From positions 4,007 to 68,006 of the IMG/VR virus record IMGVR_UViG_3300048904_000202: a stretch of DNA of 64,000 nt. One strand, given 5' to 3'. Shown piece by piece: positions 1 through 10,844 of this stretch. The position numbers and the translations under genes were made by a program. Below the pieces are notes generated by a model that saw only the letters and a list, made by a program, of their open reading frames with translations, did not search any database and was not told where the DNA came from. Each line of letters starts with the position of its first letter. Position 1 is the first letter of the stretch. Source of the DNA: a virus (lineage: Duplodnaviria > Heunggongvirae > Uroviricota > Caudoviricetes).

Positions 1-1
1 C

Positions 2-358
2 AAGGCGATCATCGCGAATTACAAGATCGCTCACATCGCAGGCCACGAACAGATCGATACACGCGGCTGGAAAACCGATCCGGGAATTGCGTTCCCGATG
101 GGCGACTTCAAGGCGGCGCTGCACGGTACTTCGGTGCCCGATCGCTCGGCCGGTCTGGAACGCATGGCGAGCAAGTTCCTCGTGAACATGCCCAAGCTCA
201 ATGTCCGCGCCCAGCCGAACGCCAGTGCGTCGGTGATCACCGTACTGTCCGGAGGAAGCGAGGTCGTCTTGGTCAAGGACCTCGGCGCGTGGAGCCTCGT
301 CGAATACGCCCCCGGCAAGCAAGGCTACGTCGCCGACCAGTATCTTCGGAAGGAATAA
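2..358 (+). CDS. Endolysin, N-acetylmuramoyl-L-alanine amidase plus C-terminal SH3b domain (5' truncated by window edge)
   Basis: Frame is open from base 2 and reads ...GHEQIDTRGWKTDPGIAFPM (Amidase_2-type GH...K.DPG..FP motif), then LNVRAQP...W......GYV..YL (SH3b); followed by a spanin pair. Confidence 0.8.
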   Translation, partial: KAIIANYKIAHIAGHEQIDTRGWKTDPGIAFPMGDFKAALHGTSVPDRSAGLERMASKFLVNMPKLNVRAQPNASASVITVLSGGSEVVLVKDLGAWSLVEYAPGKQGYVADQYLRKE

Positions 359-360
359 TC

Positions 361-789
361 ATGGAACCCATCGAATGGGCACTCATCGGTAAAAAGATCG
401 GTGGGTTCTTCAAGTCCAAGTGGCTGTACATCGCGTTGGCCGTCATCGCGGTAGGTGGGGGCACCTACTTGTACCTCCAGCATGACAAGAAGGAAGCGGT
501 GACCACGGCCGTCAAAGCGGCCGACACCACCGCGACCATCAAGTCTCAGGCGGCCGACATCGTCGTCACTACCCGAAACCAAGCCGTCGACCAGAAGATG
601 GATCGACTCAAAGTCCAGACCGTGAAGGATTTCACCAATGCACGAGCAACTCTCCAAGCCGCGCCCGCGTCGGATCGCGATGCTCAAGCCCCTCGTGTCA
701 TCATTGATACTATCAATGACCTTGACCGCCTGCGGGCTGGGCGCGACGACGCGGGTACAGTTTCTAACACCGAAGTTCCGGCCGGATGA
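361..789 (+). CDS. Inner-membrane spanin (Rz-like)
   Basis: N-terminal TM segment (WLYIALAVIAVGGGTYLYL) then Ala/Thr-rich helical region; directly after the endolysin and overlapped by a lipoprotein gene. Confidence 0.7.
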   Translation: MEPIEWALIGKKIGGFFKSKWLYIALAVIAVGGGTYLYLQHDKKEAVTTAVKAADTTATIKSQAADIVVTTRNQAVDQKMDRLKVQTVKDFTNARATLQAAPASDRDAQAPRVIIDTINDLDRLRAGRDDAGTVSNTEVPAG

Positions 790-1009
790 ACTGGTCTGCA
801 TGGACGCGCCGCGCGGTCAGTTGCCGCCGACCGCGTCCAATGGGGATGTCTCCTCACGGATCATCGGCAATGATGAAGCCGGCGAGGACTGCCGTCAGAA
901 GCTCGCCCGCGTCCGGATGAAGACGGAAGTCTTCGACGATGTCGTTGCCCAACTCAACGCCGGAAAAGACCCGTCCAAGCCGGCGAAGACCAAGAGGGAC
1001 AAGAAGTGA
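680..1009 (+). CDS. Outer-membrane spanin lipoprotein (Rz1-like)
   Basis: Signal peptide with lipobox LTAC, further Cys residues and Pro-rich segment; starts inside the Rz-like gene in another frame (overlapped spanin architecture). Confidence 0.7.
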   Translation: MLKPLVSSLILSMTLTACGLGATTRVQFLTPKFRPDELVCMDAPRGQLPPTASNGDVSSRIIGNDEAGEDCRQKLARVRMKTEVFDDVVAQLNAGKDPSKPAKTKRDKK

Positions 1010-1914
1010 ACGCTCCGATCGTAATCCCGTCTGCACCCAAGCCGATCGAGTTCGTCCCCCTGTCGCCGTTGATCTCGGCCGTCGTTCTGGCGGACTCGAT
1101 CACGGCCGAAGGCGTGCGGCTGACAACCCTCGAACTCGTCTATCCGCGCTTCATCCACTCGGAGTTCATGACGCACCGGGTGTTCTCGAAGAACGCGGCA
1201 TCGAGTCGCGCCATCCCGTGGAAGCGGATGAAGCAGATGCTCCGGGATAACCCGGCCGTGCCGGCGTCTTGGCGCATGAACGAAGGTGGCATGCAGGGCT
1301 TCACCGTCGCCAACGAAGCCGTCACTCAGCAGGCTGAGCAGATTTGGCTTGGGCTGATGGAGCAGGCGATTGATCACGCCGACAAGATGGACGCGCTGGG
1401 CATCCATAAGCAGACCGTCAATCGCATGGTCGAGCCGTGGGTCCATATGAAGACCGTCATGACTGGCGTCTACTTCGACAATTTCGAAGTCCTTCGCGAT
1501 CACGAAATGGCCGATCCCACGATCGAGGCGCTGGCCAAGGCGATCAAGGCGGCCCGTGCCGCATCGACGCCCAAGCAGCTTGCGGTAGGAGAGTGGCATC
1601 TGCCGTATATTTCCGATGATGATCTGGCGACGCTCGGGATCGAGAACGCCAAGCAGGTGTCGGCCGCTCGGTGCGCTCGCGTCAGCTACAACAACATGTC
1701 TGGTAAGGTCTCGACGCTGGATGAGGATCAGGCGCTGTTCAATCGCCTACTGGTCGATCAGCCGATCCACGCGAGCCCAGCCGAGCATCAGGCGACGCCG
1801 GACTGGAAGGAAGCGGGCGACTACCAGAACCGCCATCGGTGGGGAAATCTCGCCGGCTGGCAGCAGCACCGCAAGTTCCTCAAGTTCGAGAACATGGACA
1901 CTCCGATCATTTGA
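1006..1914 (+). CDS. thyX: FAD-dependent thymidylate synthase
   Basis: ThyX motif variant THRVFSKNAASSR; SAARCARVSY and HASPAEH conserved segments. Confidence 0.9.
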   Translation: MNAPIVIPSAPKPIEFVPLSPLISAVVLADSITAEGVRLTTLELVYPRFIHSEFMTHRVFSKNAASSRAIPWKRMKQMLRDNPAVPASWRMNEGGMQGFTVANEAVTQQAEQIWLGLMEQAIDHADKMDALGIHKQTVNRMVEPWVHMKTVMTGVYFDNFEVLRDHEMADPTIEALAKAIKAARAASTPKQLAVGEWHLPYISDDDLATLGIENAKQVSAARCARVSYNNMSGKVSTLDEDQALFNRLLVDQPIHASPAEHQATPDWKEAGDYQNRHRWGNLAGWQQHRKFLKFENMDTPII

Positions 1915-1932
1915 TCGGTGGTGTTAGGCTAA

Positions 1933-4142
<2,210 letters not shown>

Positions 4143-4143
<1 letters not shown>

Positions 4144-4340
4144 TGCTCGATTTCATCATCAACATCGGCTGGGCGCTTGGCGCGATAGTCGCAATCATCG
4201 CCGTATTGGTAGCCGCCTTCTGGCTCTGGGATCAGGGCATCGTGAAGGTCATCCTGTTCTTCGCTGCCTGCCTTGCAGCCGTTGGCCTCGTTCTCTGGGA
4301 AATCGCCATGTTCGGCGGTTGGGTGAGGGGTCTTTTCTGA
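4143..4340 (+). CDS. Small membrane protein
   Basis: Two hydrophobic helices; TGATG coupling to ligA. Confidence 0.6.
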
Positions 4341-4470
4341 TGTGCCCCAACCATGGAATCCTCAACGTGGATACCGGACTCTGCAACCAGACGCTCGCGT
4401 TCATGGCCGCGATCGTGACGACGATTGTCGTTTGCACGATCATCTACCTCCTCCCCGAGGAGCGCTTCTG

Positions 4471-4665
4471 ATGTACCGCGTCCACATCATGGCACGCTGG
4501 CCGCAGGTGTTCGACACTCTGGCCGGCGCCATCGGCTACATCCGCAACACTGCCGGTCTGTGGTACGCGCTTGAAGAGAAGAACGCGGACGGACCGTGGC
4601 GTTGGCTCGTGGGCGCGTGGGAATCGCGCGACCGAGGCCAAGACGGTGTCGAGGACCGTTCCTGA
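4471..4665 (+). CDS. Hypothetical protein
   Basis: Part of a TGATG-coupled chain of small ORFs. Confidence 0.5.
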   Translation: MYRVHIMARWPQVFDTLAGAIGYIRNTAGLWYALEEKNADGPWRWLVGAWESRDRGQDGVEDRS

Positions 4666-4844
4666 TGGCACGTCTGCAAGGCCGCGCCCGCGTTGATCAA
4701 CTCCGCGCCGAGGGAAAAGGTACGTGGGAGATCAGCCGCACCCTGAAACGAGAGAAGCTGGAGGATGCGATCCTCGACATCCGCGACATCGCCGACGTGA
4801 AGAGCGTCCTCGAACAAATGCTCAAAGAGATGGTGATCCACTGA
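4665..4844 (+). CDS. Hypothetical protein
   Basis: TGATG-coupled; helical composition. Confidence 0.55.
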   Translation: MARLQGRARVDQLRAEGKGTWEISRTLKREKLEDAILDIRDIADVKSVLEQMLKEMVIH

Positions 4845-5266
4845 TGACCGACGAACAGCACATGGCCGGTGCGGCGACACTGCTGGAGGTTGCAGGTACG
4901 CTGTACCGGGCCGCCAACGTCGCCGACCAGCTTGTGATCCTCCACCCGGACATCCCGTCGATCGCGCATTACGCCGCGCTTCGCCGCAAGCAGGCGGATG
5001 CCCATCTCGCCGCCGCCGAGGCGCTGGAGGACATGCCGCCGGCCGATGTCTTCTATCTGGAGGACGGCAAGCTCGGGTCGCAATACTCGATCCCGATGAT
5101 TCTGACCTGCCCGTCCTGCGGCGAGCGTCACATCGACGAGGCGGCGTTCGAGAAGGTCGCCCATCACACCCACGCATGTCAGGGCTGCGGCATGGTCTGG
5201 CGGCCGGCGAAGGTCAACACCCACGGCGTCCGGTTCCTGCCGGGCTACACGAACGAGACGAACTGA
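4844..5266 (+). CDS. Hypothetical protein with C-terminal Zn-binding motif
   Basis: CPSCGERHID...HHTHACQGCG..WRP motif; coupled to neighbours. Confidence 0.6.
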   Translation: MTDEQHMAGAATLLEVAGTLYRAANVADQLVILHPDIPSIAHYAALRRKQADAHLAAAEALEDMPPADVFYLEDGKLGSQYSIPMILTCPSCGERHIDEAAFEKVAHHTHACQGCGMVWRPAKVNTHGVRFLPGYTNETN

Positions 5267-5643
5267 TGCAGATCGAGATCATCAAGGTCCCCAAACAGAA
5301 GTCGTGGGGCATCTCTCCAAACCGCGACAAGTACGGTCACATCCATACCGGCTACGTTGGCTACATGTCGACCTGTGCGGAGGAAGTGGGAACCAACGCG
5401 ATCATCACGGGAGACTTCCACATCGACGGGATGTCGCGCGGTCGATCGGCAGCTAACTTCAACGGCCACTTTCGGGGCCACGAGGAGGCGGGGTACCAGC
5501 TTGGTATGTCGGGAACCGTTGATCTTCTTCTGTTGCTACAGGCGGATGATCACTTCCACATCGTCGACGGTTACATCCGGGGAACATGGACGTTCGCCAA
5601 GCAGGGCGAGTCGATCTTCCTCAAGCCGCATGTTGGCGCGTGA
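5266..5643 (+). CDS. Hypothetical protein
   Basis: TGATG-coupled ORF with phage-like codon usage. Confidence 0.55.
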   Translation: MQIEIIKVPKQKSWGISPNRDKYGHIHTGYVGYMSTCAEEVGTNAIITGDFHIDGMSRGRSAANFNGHFRGHEEAGYQLGMSGTVDLLLLLQADDHFHIVDGYIRGTWTFAKQGESIFLKPHVGA

Positions 5644-6041
5644 TGGGTGACCTTCCTGACGACTTCTGCCGCGACTGCGGCGTCCACCATCCGGAACTCG
5701 AAGACTGCGACGCATATGCGCTGATGCCGGTCGATCCGAGGTGGAAGCCGAAACCCAAGCCGGCGCCGCCGGTGGCAGCGTTGGTGGAACCATGGGCTGG
5801 CGAGCGCGGTGGACCGATCCCTCGCGGATACGCCGTCGTGAAGAAGCGCCGGACGGATGGTATGGTCATGATGATCTTCGGCTTCTTCCGGGATCGCGAC
5901 GCAGCCTACGCCTACTGCGCCAACGCTAACGAGTGGTACGGCGAGGGACATCCGCTGACACCGCTGGAGGTTATTGGCGACATCCTGATCGAGCCGCGTC
6001 TGTTTCCCGTCGAGTCGCTTCGTCGCGCCTCGCGGCGTTAG
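5643..6041 (+). CDS. Hypothetical protein with N-terminal CxxC
   Basis: TGATG-coupled; FCRDCGVHH. Confidence 0.5.
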   Translation: MGDLPDDFCRDCGVHHPELEDCDAYALMPVDPRWKPKPKPAPPVAALVEPWAGERGGPIPRGYAVVKKRRTDGMVMMIFGFFRDRDAAYAYCANANEWYGEGHPLTPLEVIGDILIEPRLFPVESLRRASRR

Positions 6042-6065
6042 TCTAAATCAACACGAGTACGATAA

Positions 6066-6590
6066 GTGTCACTCATCATCCCCAAGTTCTGCGAAAATTG
6101 CGGCAAGCAATATATCCTGACGCAGATCGCCGATCCTTACCGCGAGGAGGACGGCTCCCACGAGTGCCGCTTCTGTGGTCACAAGCGGTGGGACAACCCA
6201 CTGCCGGTCGTGGTCTGTGTCCAGTCGGTCGCCCACTGGTCCGGAGGGCTTGCCATCGCCCGCCGCGCGATCGAGCCCCGGATCGGAACGTGGAACCTGA
6301 TCGGCGGCCACATCAGCAACGGCGAGACGGCCGAGGAAGCAGCTATCCGAGAGTGGCGCGAGGAGACCAGCATCGAACCCGGCCGCGTCACCGGGCTCAG
6401 CAGCAGCTACGCCAACGGCAAGGGCCACATACTAATCGCCGTCCATTTCACACCGATCCCTTACGATCGCTGGCAGGAAGCGCGGCTGTGTAAGGAGAAC
6501 GACGCCTTCTCCCTGTGGTTCGGGGCGCCCTGCGATCCCGTCCTCGGATTTCCCATCCATCAAGAAATAGCCAAGCGCTGGAAGGCTTGA
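6066..6590 (+). CDS. NUDIX hydrolase with N-terminal Zn ribbon
   Basis: Nudix box GGHISNGETAEEAAIREWREET; FCENCG/CRFCG; WDNPLPVV. Confidence 0.85.
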   Translation: MSLIIPKFCENCGKQYILTQIADPYREEDGSHECRFCGHKRWDNPLPVVVCVQSVAHWSGGLAIARRAIEPRIGTWNLIGGHISNGETAEEAAIREWREETSIEPGRVTGLSSSYANGKGHILIAVHFTPIPYDRWQEARLCKENDAFSLWFGAPCDPVLGFPIHQEIAKRWKA

Positions 6591-6592
6591 AC

Positions 6593-6964
6593 ATGTACAA
6601 TGTCATCGGCGGCGTCTGGACCGACACCACCTTCACCGAGATCGTCCCCGGCACCGAGGAAGAGTACGGCCCATTCGAGAGCTACGACGAGGCCGTCAAG
6701 GTCTGGCGCGGCCGTATGGGCTGGATGGTCGATACCTGTGAACATCGGCTGTTCATTGTCCAGATCGGCATCGATTTCGCAGATGCCGAGCGCATACTCG
6801 CCCGCACAGGCGTATTTGACGAACAACCAAATTTCGGCACGCGGACGCCTGAGCCGTCCCTGCGAACGCTGGTCTATGCCTACTACAGCACCTATTTCCG
6901 GGCGGACGACAGCGAACGACTGACGGACGAATATTTCGCCGCTCTGACCCCGCTGCTCGCATGA
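6593..6964 (+). CDS. DUF4170-like protein
   Basis: VIGGVWTDTTF...EEYGPFESYDEA..VW pattern typical of this alphaproteobacterial family. Confidence 0.55.
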   Translation: MYNVIGGVWTDTTFTEIVPGTEEEYGPFESYDEAVKVWRGRMGWMVDTCEHRLFIVQIGIDFADAERILARTGVFDEQPNFGTRTPEPSLRTLVYAYYSTYFRADDSERLTDEYFAALTPLLA

Positions 6965-7155
6965 CCTACGACCCTGATCCCAACGTCATGCGGATGATGA
7001 CTTCCGAAGAAATGGCCGTTGTCGAGGCAGGCGCGCGCGCCGGCCGAGCTGGTGAGCCGATCGAGGCCAATCCGCACCCTGAGAAGAGTGACCCATGGTT
7101 CTCGTGGCGCTCGGGATGGCGTCGGCCGTCCATGTACATCGGAGACGAAGCATGA
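6961..7155 (+). CDS. Small Rmf/CrpP-fold-like protein
   Basis: AG.RAG.AG.....NP......W..W..GWR pattern. Confidence 0.4.
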   Translation: MTYDPDPNVMRMMTSEEMAVVEAGARAGRAGEPIEANPHPEKSDPWFSWRSGWRRPSMYIGDEA

Positions 7156-7604
7156 GTCGCTACGTCACCAAGAAACACGGGCTGGTTATTGGCTCGGACA
7201 ACATCTTCTTCGTGGTCGACCGCAATCACCCCGAGGGCGTCGAAGAGTTTCGCGACGGCTACAACTCGATCGTGGCCTTCTACGGCTATAGATTCGAGCG
7301 TAGTAGCACGGCGAACTGCTGGCTCCTGACCCCGGCACAACAACTGTGCTGGAGCAAGCAATCACGGCCGGAGGTACAAACTTTCGGAAGCAAGCCGTGG
7401 ACCATCGACAAGCAGTTCTGGACTTTGCGTTCGTCGATCGAGCGATGGCTTAACGAACACATCGGCGCGCGCTACGACCGATGGGACACCTATACCGAGT
7501 GCGAAAACTCCAACAGGACGCTGTTCTTCAAGCGCCGCAAGGACGCGCTCGCGTTCTGCGCCATGATCGATAGCCTGCTCGCCGGCATCAAGTTCAGCGT
7601 CTGA
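7152..7604 (+). CDS. Hypothetical protein
   Basis: ATGA overlap with upstream gene. Confidence 0.55.
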   Translation: MSRYVTKKHGLVIGSDNIFFVVDRNHPEGVEEFRDGYNSIVAFYGYRFERSSTANCWLLTPAQQLCWSKQSRPEVQTFGSKPWTIDKQFWTLRSSIERWLNEHIGARYDRWDTYTECENSNRTLFFKRRKDALAFCAMIDSLLAGIKFSV

Positions 7605-7981
7605 TGGTTCGCCACGGCGTCGCCCCGTTCCTTGAGTGCAGCACTGCCGGCGATCGTCGGTTCAGTGCTTATTGCGCCCGGATCAAGGCGCGCGGAGGCG
7701 CGTCGATCGAGGAATTGTATCAGGCCGCCAAGGTCTTCCGGAACGGAGACACCGGTCTCTCGATCGAAGAGGCGAGGGGCTTTCGACCGGTCAACTTGAA
7801 GGAGTGCCGCGAACTCTACGCGACCCTTTGGGACGAATATATCTCTGAGAACCTCCCCCTCATCCCCGTCTTGTTGGCCCAGAGCGGCTTGCAGGATCGC
7901 TTCGGCCGCAAGGGCGGGCAATGCCAAGCCACGGAGCTTTGGCGCATCCGCGCGGCGCATCTACCCAAGGACGCCTCATGA
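7604..7981 (+). CDS. NADAR-like phage protein
   Basis: ECS..GD.RFSA...SIEELYQAAKVF resembles the NADAR S.E..YQA.KF motif. Confidence 0.4.
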   Translation: MVRHGVAPFLECSTAGDRRFSAYCARIKARGGASIEELYQAAKVFRNGDTGLSIEEARGFRPVNLKECRELYATLWDEYISENLPLIPVLLAQSGLQDRFGRKGGQCQATELWRIRAAHLPKDAS

Positions 7982-8616
7982 CTCTCTATGGTAAGCTCCC
8001 CGACGATCTCGGAGAGATCGACATCTCGCCGACCGAGATGTGCTTCTGGATGTATACCCCGATCTCATTGCCGGGGCAGGCGCGCTACGTTCTGCCCGAT
8101 AATCTCAAGCAGTTCGCGCCGATCGTCTCCCACGCCAAGTGGGCTAGGGTGGGTCAGTTCGAGGACGCCTACGTCTACCTGACCGCCAAGACCTTGTGGG
8201 TCGAGGGCTCGTATATCGGTAATCGGCCGGGCTGGCACTCGGATGGCTTCGGTACCGACGACATCAATTATATCTGGTGCGACCGCGCCCCGACCGAGTT
8301 CGTCAAGACCGAGACGCCACTGTCTGACGATTGTGATCTCTCGATGCGGCAGATGGCTGCGATCGGCAAGGCCCATGAGATCGCGGGCCGCATCTTCACC
8401 TATCCGGACAAGCACCTGCTCCGGCTCGACCAGCGCGTTATCCATCGTTCTCCGGCCGCGTTCCCAGCAGGGATGAGAACCTTCGTGAAGGTGTCCTTGT
8501 CGGCCGATCGCTACGACCTGATTGGCAACTCGCGGAACCACTCACTGCCGGGTAGCGACTGGCCGCTCGTGCCGCGCCGGCTGGAACGCAACCACCCGCA
8601 GTCGAGGCTCGCATGA
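7978..8616 (+). CDS. Putative 2OG-Fe(II) oxygenase-fold protein
   Basis: RPGWHSDG (HxD), distal H (VIHRSP) and R (RTFVKVS). Confidence 0.5.
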   Translation: MTLYGKLPDDLGEIDISPTEMCFWMYTPISLPGQARYVLPDNLKQFAPIVSHAKWARVGQFEDAYVYLTAKTLWVEGSYIGNRPGWHSDGFGTDDINYIWCDRAPTEFVKTETPLSDDCDLSMRQMAAIGKAHEIAGRIFTYPDKHLLRLDQRVIHRSPAAFPAGMRTFVKVSLSADRYDLIGNSRNHSLPGSDWPLVPRRLERNHPQSRLA

Positions 8617-8795
8617 ACAAGGATCGTCTCAAGGTTTCGCTCAAGCTCGCACGCAAGATTGCGAAGGAAGACCCAGCGACCGAGCCCGTCCGCGATCTAG
8701 ATGGGCGCACCAAGTGGGTACCCGCCGTCGTGGTGCCACTCGACACGCTAAACCGCCTGATCAAGGCTGCCGCCAAGGAACTGTCACGCTCATGA
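8613..8795 (+). CDS. Hypothetical protein
   Basis: ATGA overlaps on both sides. Confidence 0.5.
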   Translation: MNKDRLKVSLKLARKIAKEDPATEPVRDLDGRTKWVPAVVVPLDTLNRLIKAAAKELSRS

Positions 8796-9310
8796 CACCC
8801 GAACTCACCGAACTCCTCAAGCAGGCTAAGGCGCACGTGGATGCCATGACGCCGGAAGAGCGCGACGAGATGTTCATCCAGCAGCGACTTAGCTGGATGC
8901 GATCGGCACGACAGTATGTCGAAGGTGATCGTGAGACGGTTGTCGTCGTGGTACCGGCCGAAACCGCGCCGCTCTACGCGCACGGTCGTCCTAACTACGA
9001 CCAGATCGCCGCTGTAGCGGGCGTGGACCGCGATACGGCCAAGAAGGTCACACTGGCCGCTGCGTACGCCGGATCGCCTCCTGCGGCTCCGGAGCCCGAT
9101 TATAAGGCGATCCTGATCGGCCTGTGTGCCCACCTCTATCTATGCGAGGGTAGGGGCGATGTTGGAGAGGACGTTTCGCGGGCGCTAAAGCTCGCAGGGA
9201 TCACGCCGCCGGATCACATCGACAACGACAGTGATCTATCTGATTGGCTCGCGATCGAGCATGACGCGGAAAGCATCTGGGTGCTGAAAGCGCCCGGCGA
9301 AGTACGGTGA
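8792..9310 (+). CDS. Hypothetical protein
   Basis: ATGA overlap; phage-like codon usage. Confidence 0.55.
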   Translation: MTPELTELLKQAKAHVDAMTPEERDEMFIQQRLSWMRSARQYVEGDRETVVVVVPAETAPLYAHGRPNYDQIAAVAGVDRDTAKKVTLAAAYAGSPPAAPEPDYKAILIGLCAHLYLCEGRGDVGEDVSRALKLAGITPPDHIDNDSDLSDWLAIEHDAESIWVLKAPGEVR

Positions 9311-9534
9311 CCACGTCGTCGCTCCCTGATCCTCAGTCGAATTATGCCTATTCAGGCGTTGAGGAGGATTGGGATGACGACGAACTTAGAAGGTCATCGG
9401 CTCAGTGGCTTTTTGACGAAGCACTGCTACCGGCGACAATCTTGTTCGCGACTTCATTACTGCTGTTCGGAACGATCTCGGCGATCTGGGCTATGTTAAG
9501 GTTGACAGCCTCGATAGTCGCTTTGATCAAGTGA
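9307..9534 (+). CDS. Small membrane protein
   Basis: GTGA overlap; acidic N-terminus and C-terminal TM helix. Confidence 0.45.
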   Translation: MTTSSLPDPQSNYAYSGVEEDWDDDELRRSSAQWLFDEALLPATILFATSLLLFGTISAIWAMLRLTASIVALIK

Positions 9535-9594
9535 CAGCATTACACAGCCCCGCGAGAAATCGTGGGGCTTCGTGATATACACACTGGGGAGGAA

Positions 9595-10329
9595 TTATTC
9601 GCCCGAGCGCATCTCGTCGCTGCGCCGGATTGTCGACACGACCCCGCCGAGAAAGTGGAGATCGCTGACCTTAGCCGTGAGCGCGCGACCATTCGGGTCC
9701 GAGAAGGAGATGGTCTTACCGCGTGGAGCCGCACCATAGTGTGGATTGACGCGGATCAATTCCATGCCGGCTTGCGTCTTGATGACATAGAGGCCGCCCT
9801 TGTCGGTGGGTGTCGTGATCGAGGTGTCCGAGATGAGCAGGTCGCCGGCTTCGATGCCGAAGGCCTTAGCTGCGTGAGGCATGACGTAGGCGACGATATT
9901 GTCGCGCGAGATGCCTAGTTCGGTCACCCGTTCCTTGGAATAGGCCATAGTGGACGACACATATTGTCCGTCCTTGCCAAAGCTGATCTCAGGGAAAGAA
10001 ATCATTTCCACGTCCTTGAGAGCGGAAATACCCTCCACGACATGCTCGCCGAACGCGATGTAGCTCGGGCTTACGCCCAACTGCTTCGCGATAAGTTCGA
10101 CGACATCAAGGGGAGGCATGATATTGTTTGCCTCATACTGGACGATCGTCGCGCGCGATTTGGAAGACCCATCGCGGTTCTTGACGCGTTCGGCAAGGTC
10201 CTTCTGGGTCATTTCCTTTCGCATCCGCGCCCATGCGATACGACCGCCAAGGGTGGACGTGTCGACGTGGTCGGCTGCCCCCTTGATGTCTACGCGGCGA
10301 GGCGGAGCGGTTTCTGTCGCTGCCTGCAC
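9595..10329 (-). CDS. XRE-family HTH transcriptional regulator, CI/LexA-like two-domain architecture
   Basis: LGGRIAWARMRKEMTQKDLAERV...TIVQYEAN...IAKQLGVSPSYIAFG HTH; beta-rich C-terminal domain (GDLLISD) resembling the S24 fold. Confidence 0.8.
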   Translation of the reverse strand: MQAATETAPPRRVDIKGAADHVDTSTLGGRIAWARMRKEMTQKDLAERVKNRDGSSKSRATIVQYEANNIMPPLDVVELIAKQLGVSPSYIAFGEHVVEGISALKDVEMISFPEISFGKDGQYVSSTMAYSKERVTELGISRDNIVAYVMPHAAKAFGIEAGDLLISDTSITTPTDKGGLYVIKTQAGMELIRVNPHYGAAPRGKTISFSDPNGRALTAKVSDLHFLGGVVSTIRRSDEMRSGE

Positions 10330-10417
10330 TGTTGCCTCCTTTCTGGTTTACCATTTCGGAAAACGAATCACTGATTCGCGAGTTGCGGTCTGGTCTAAAG
10401 CGAAATGAGTGTCAACT

Positions 10418-10454
10418 AAAAATAACGGCCGGCCCGCCTGATGGCGAGCCGGCC
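10418..10454 (-). terminator. Rho-independent terminator of the nrd operon
   Basis: 12-bp GC-rich hairpin (10427-10454) followed on the minus strand by GTTATTTTT. Confidence 0.6.
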
Positions 10455-10571
10455 TCAACATTTGTCCTCCGTTAGGGTAGCTTAACTACCCTATATGCGA
10501 TCCGAGGCAACCATAGAAAAAGGCCGCTCAAACAATCTAGTGACCGATGTCAAGAGGGTGACCAATGTGGA

Positions 10572-10844
10572 TCAATCAATAGAATCGATAACAGACCAAT
10601 CCGTCGAAACATCATCCCACCCGCCCAATCGCCGACCGGAAGGGGCAGCCAAACTGAACACTTCCTCGGTCGCGAAGAGTTGGGGCACAGAGTTAACCCC
10701 TTCGCCCACGATGGCGTAGAACGCCTTGCGATCGACATCGTCAGATGCGTCGACCTCGGTGAAGGTAGCGCCTCGCTTGCGGAGTTCCAGCTTGAGGAGC
10801 GAGCAGAAGGGACAACCTGCCTTGGAAACGAGATAGAGAGCCAT
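10572..10844 (-). CDS. Glutaredoxin (NrdH-like)
   Basis: CPFC active site, SVPQLF; directly downstream of nrdB. Confidence 0.85.
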   Translation of the reverse strand: MALYLVSKAGCPFCSLLKLELRKRGATFTEVDASDDVDRKAFYAIVGEGVNSVPQLFATEEVFSLAAPSGRRLGGWDDVSTDWSVIDSID

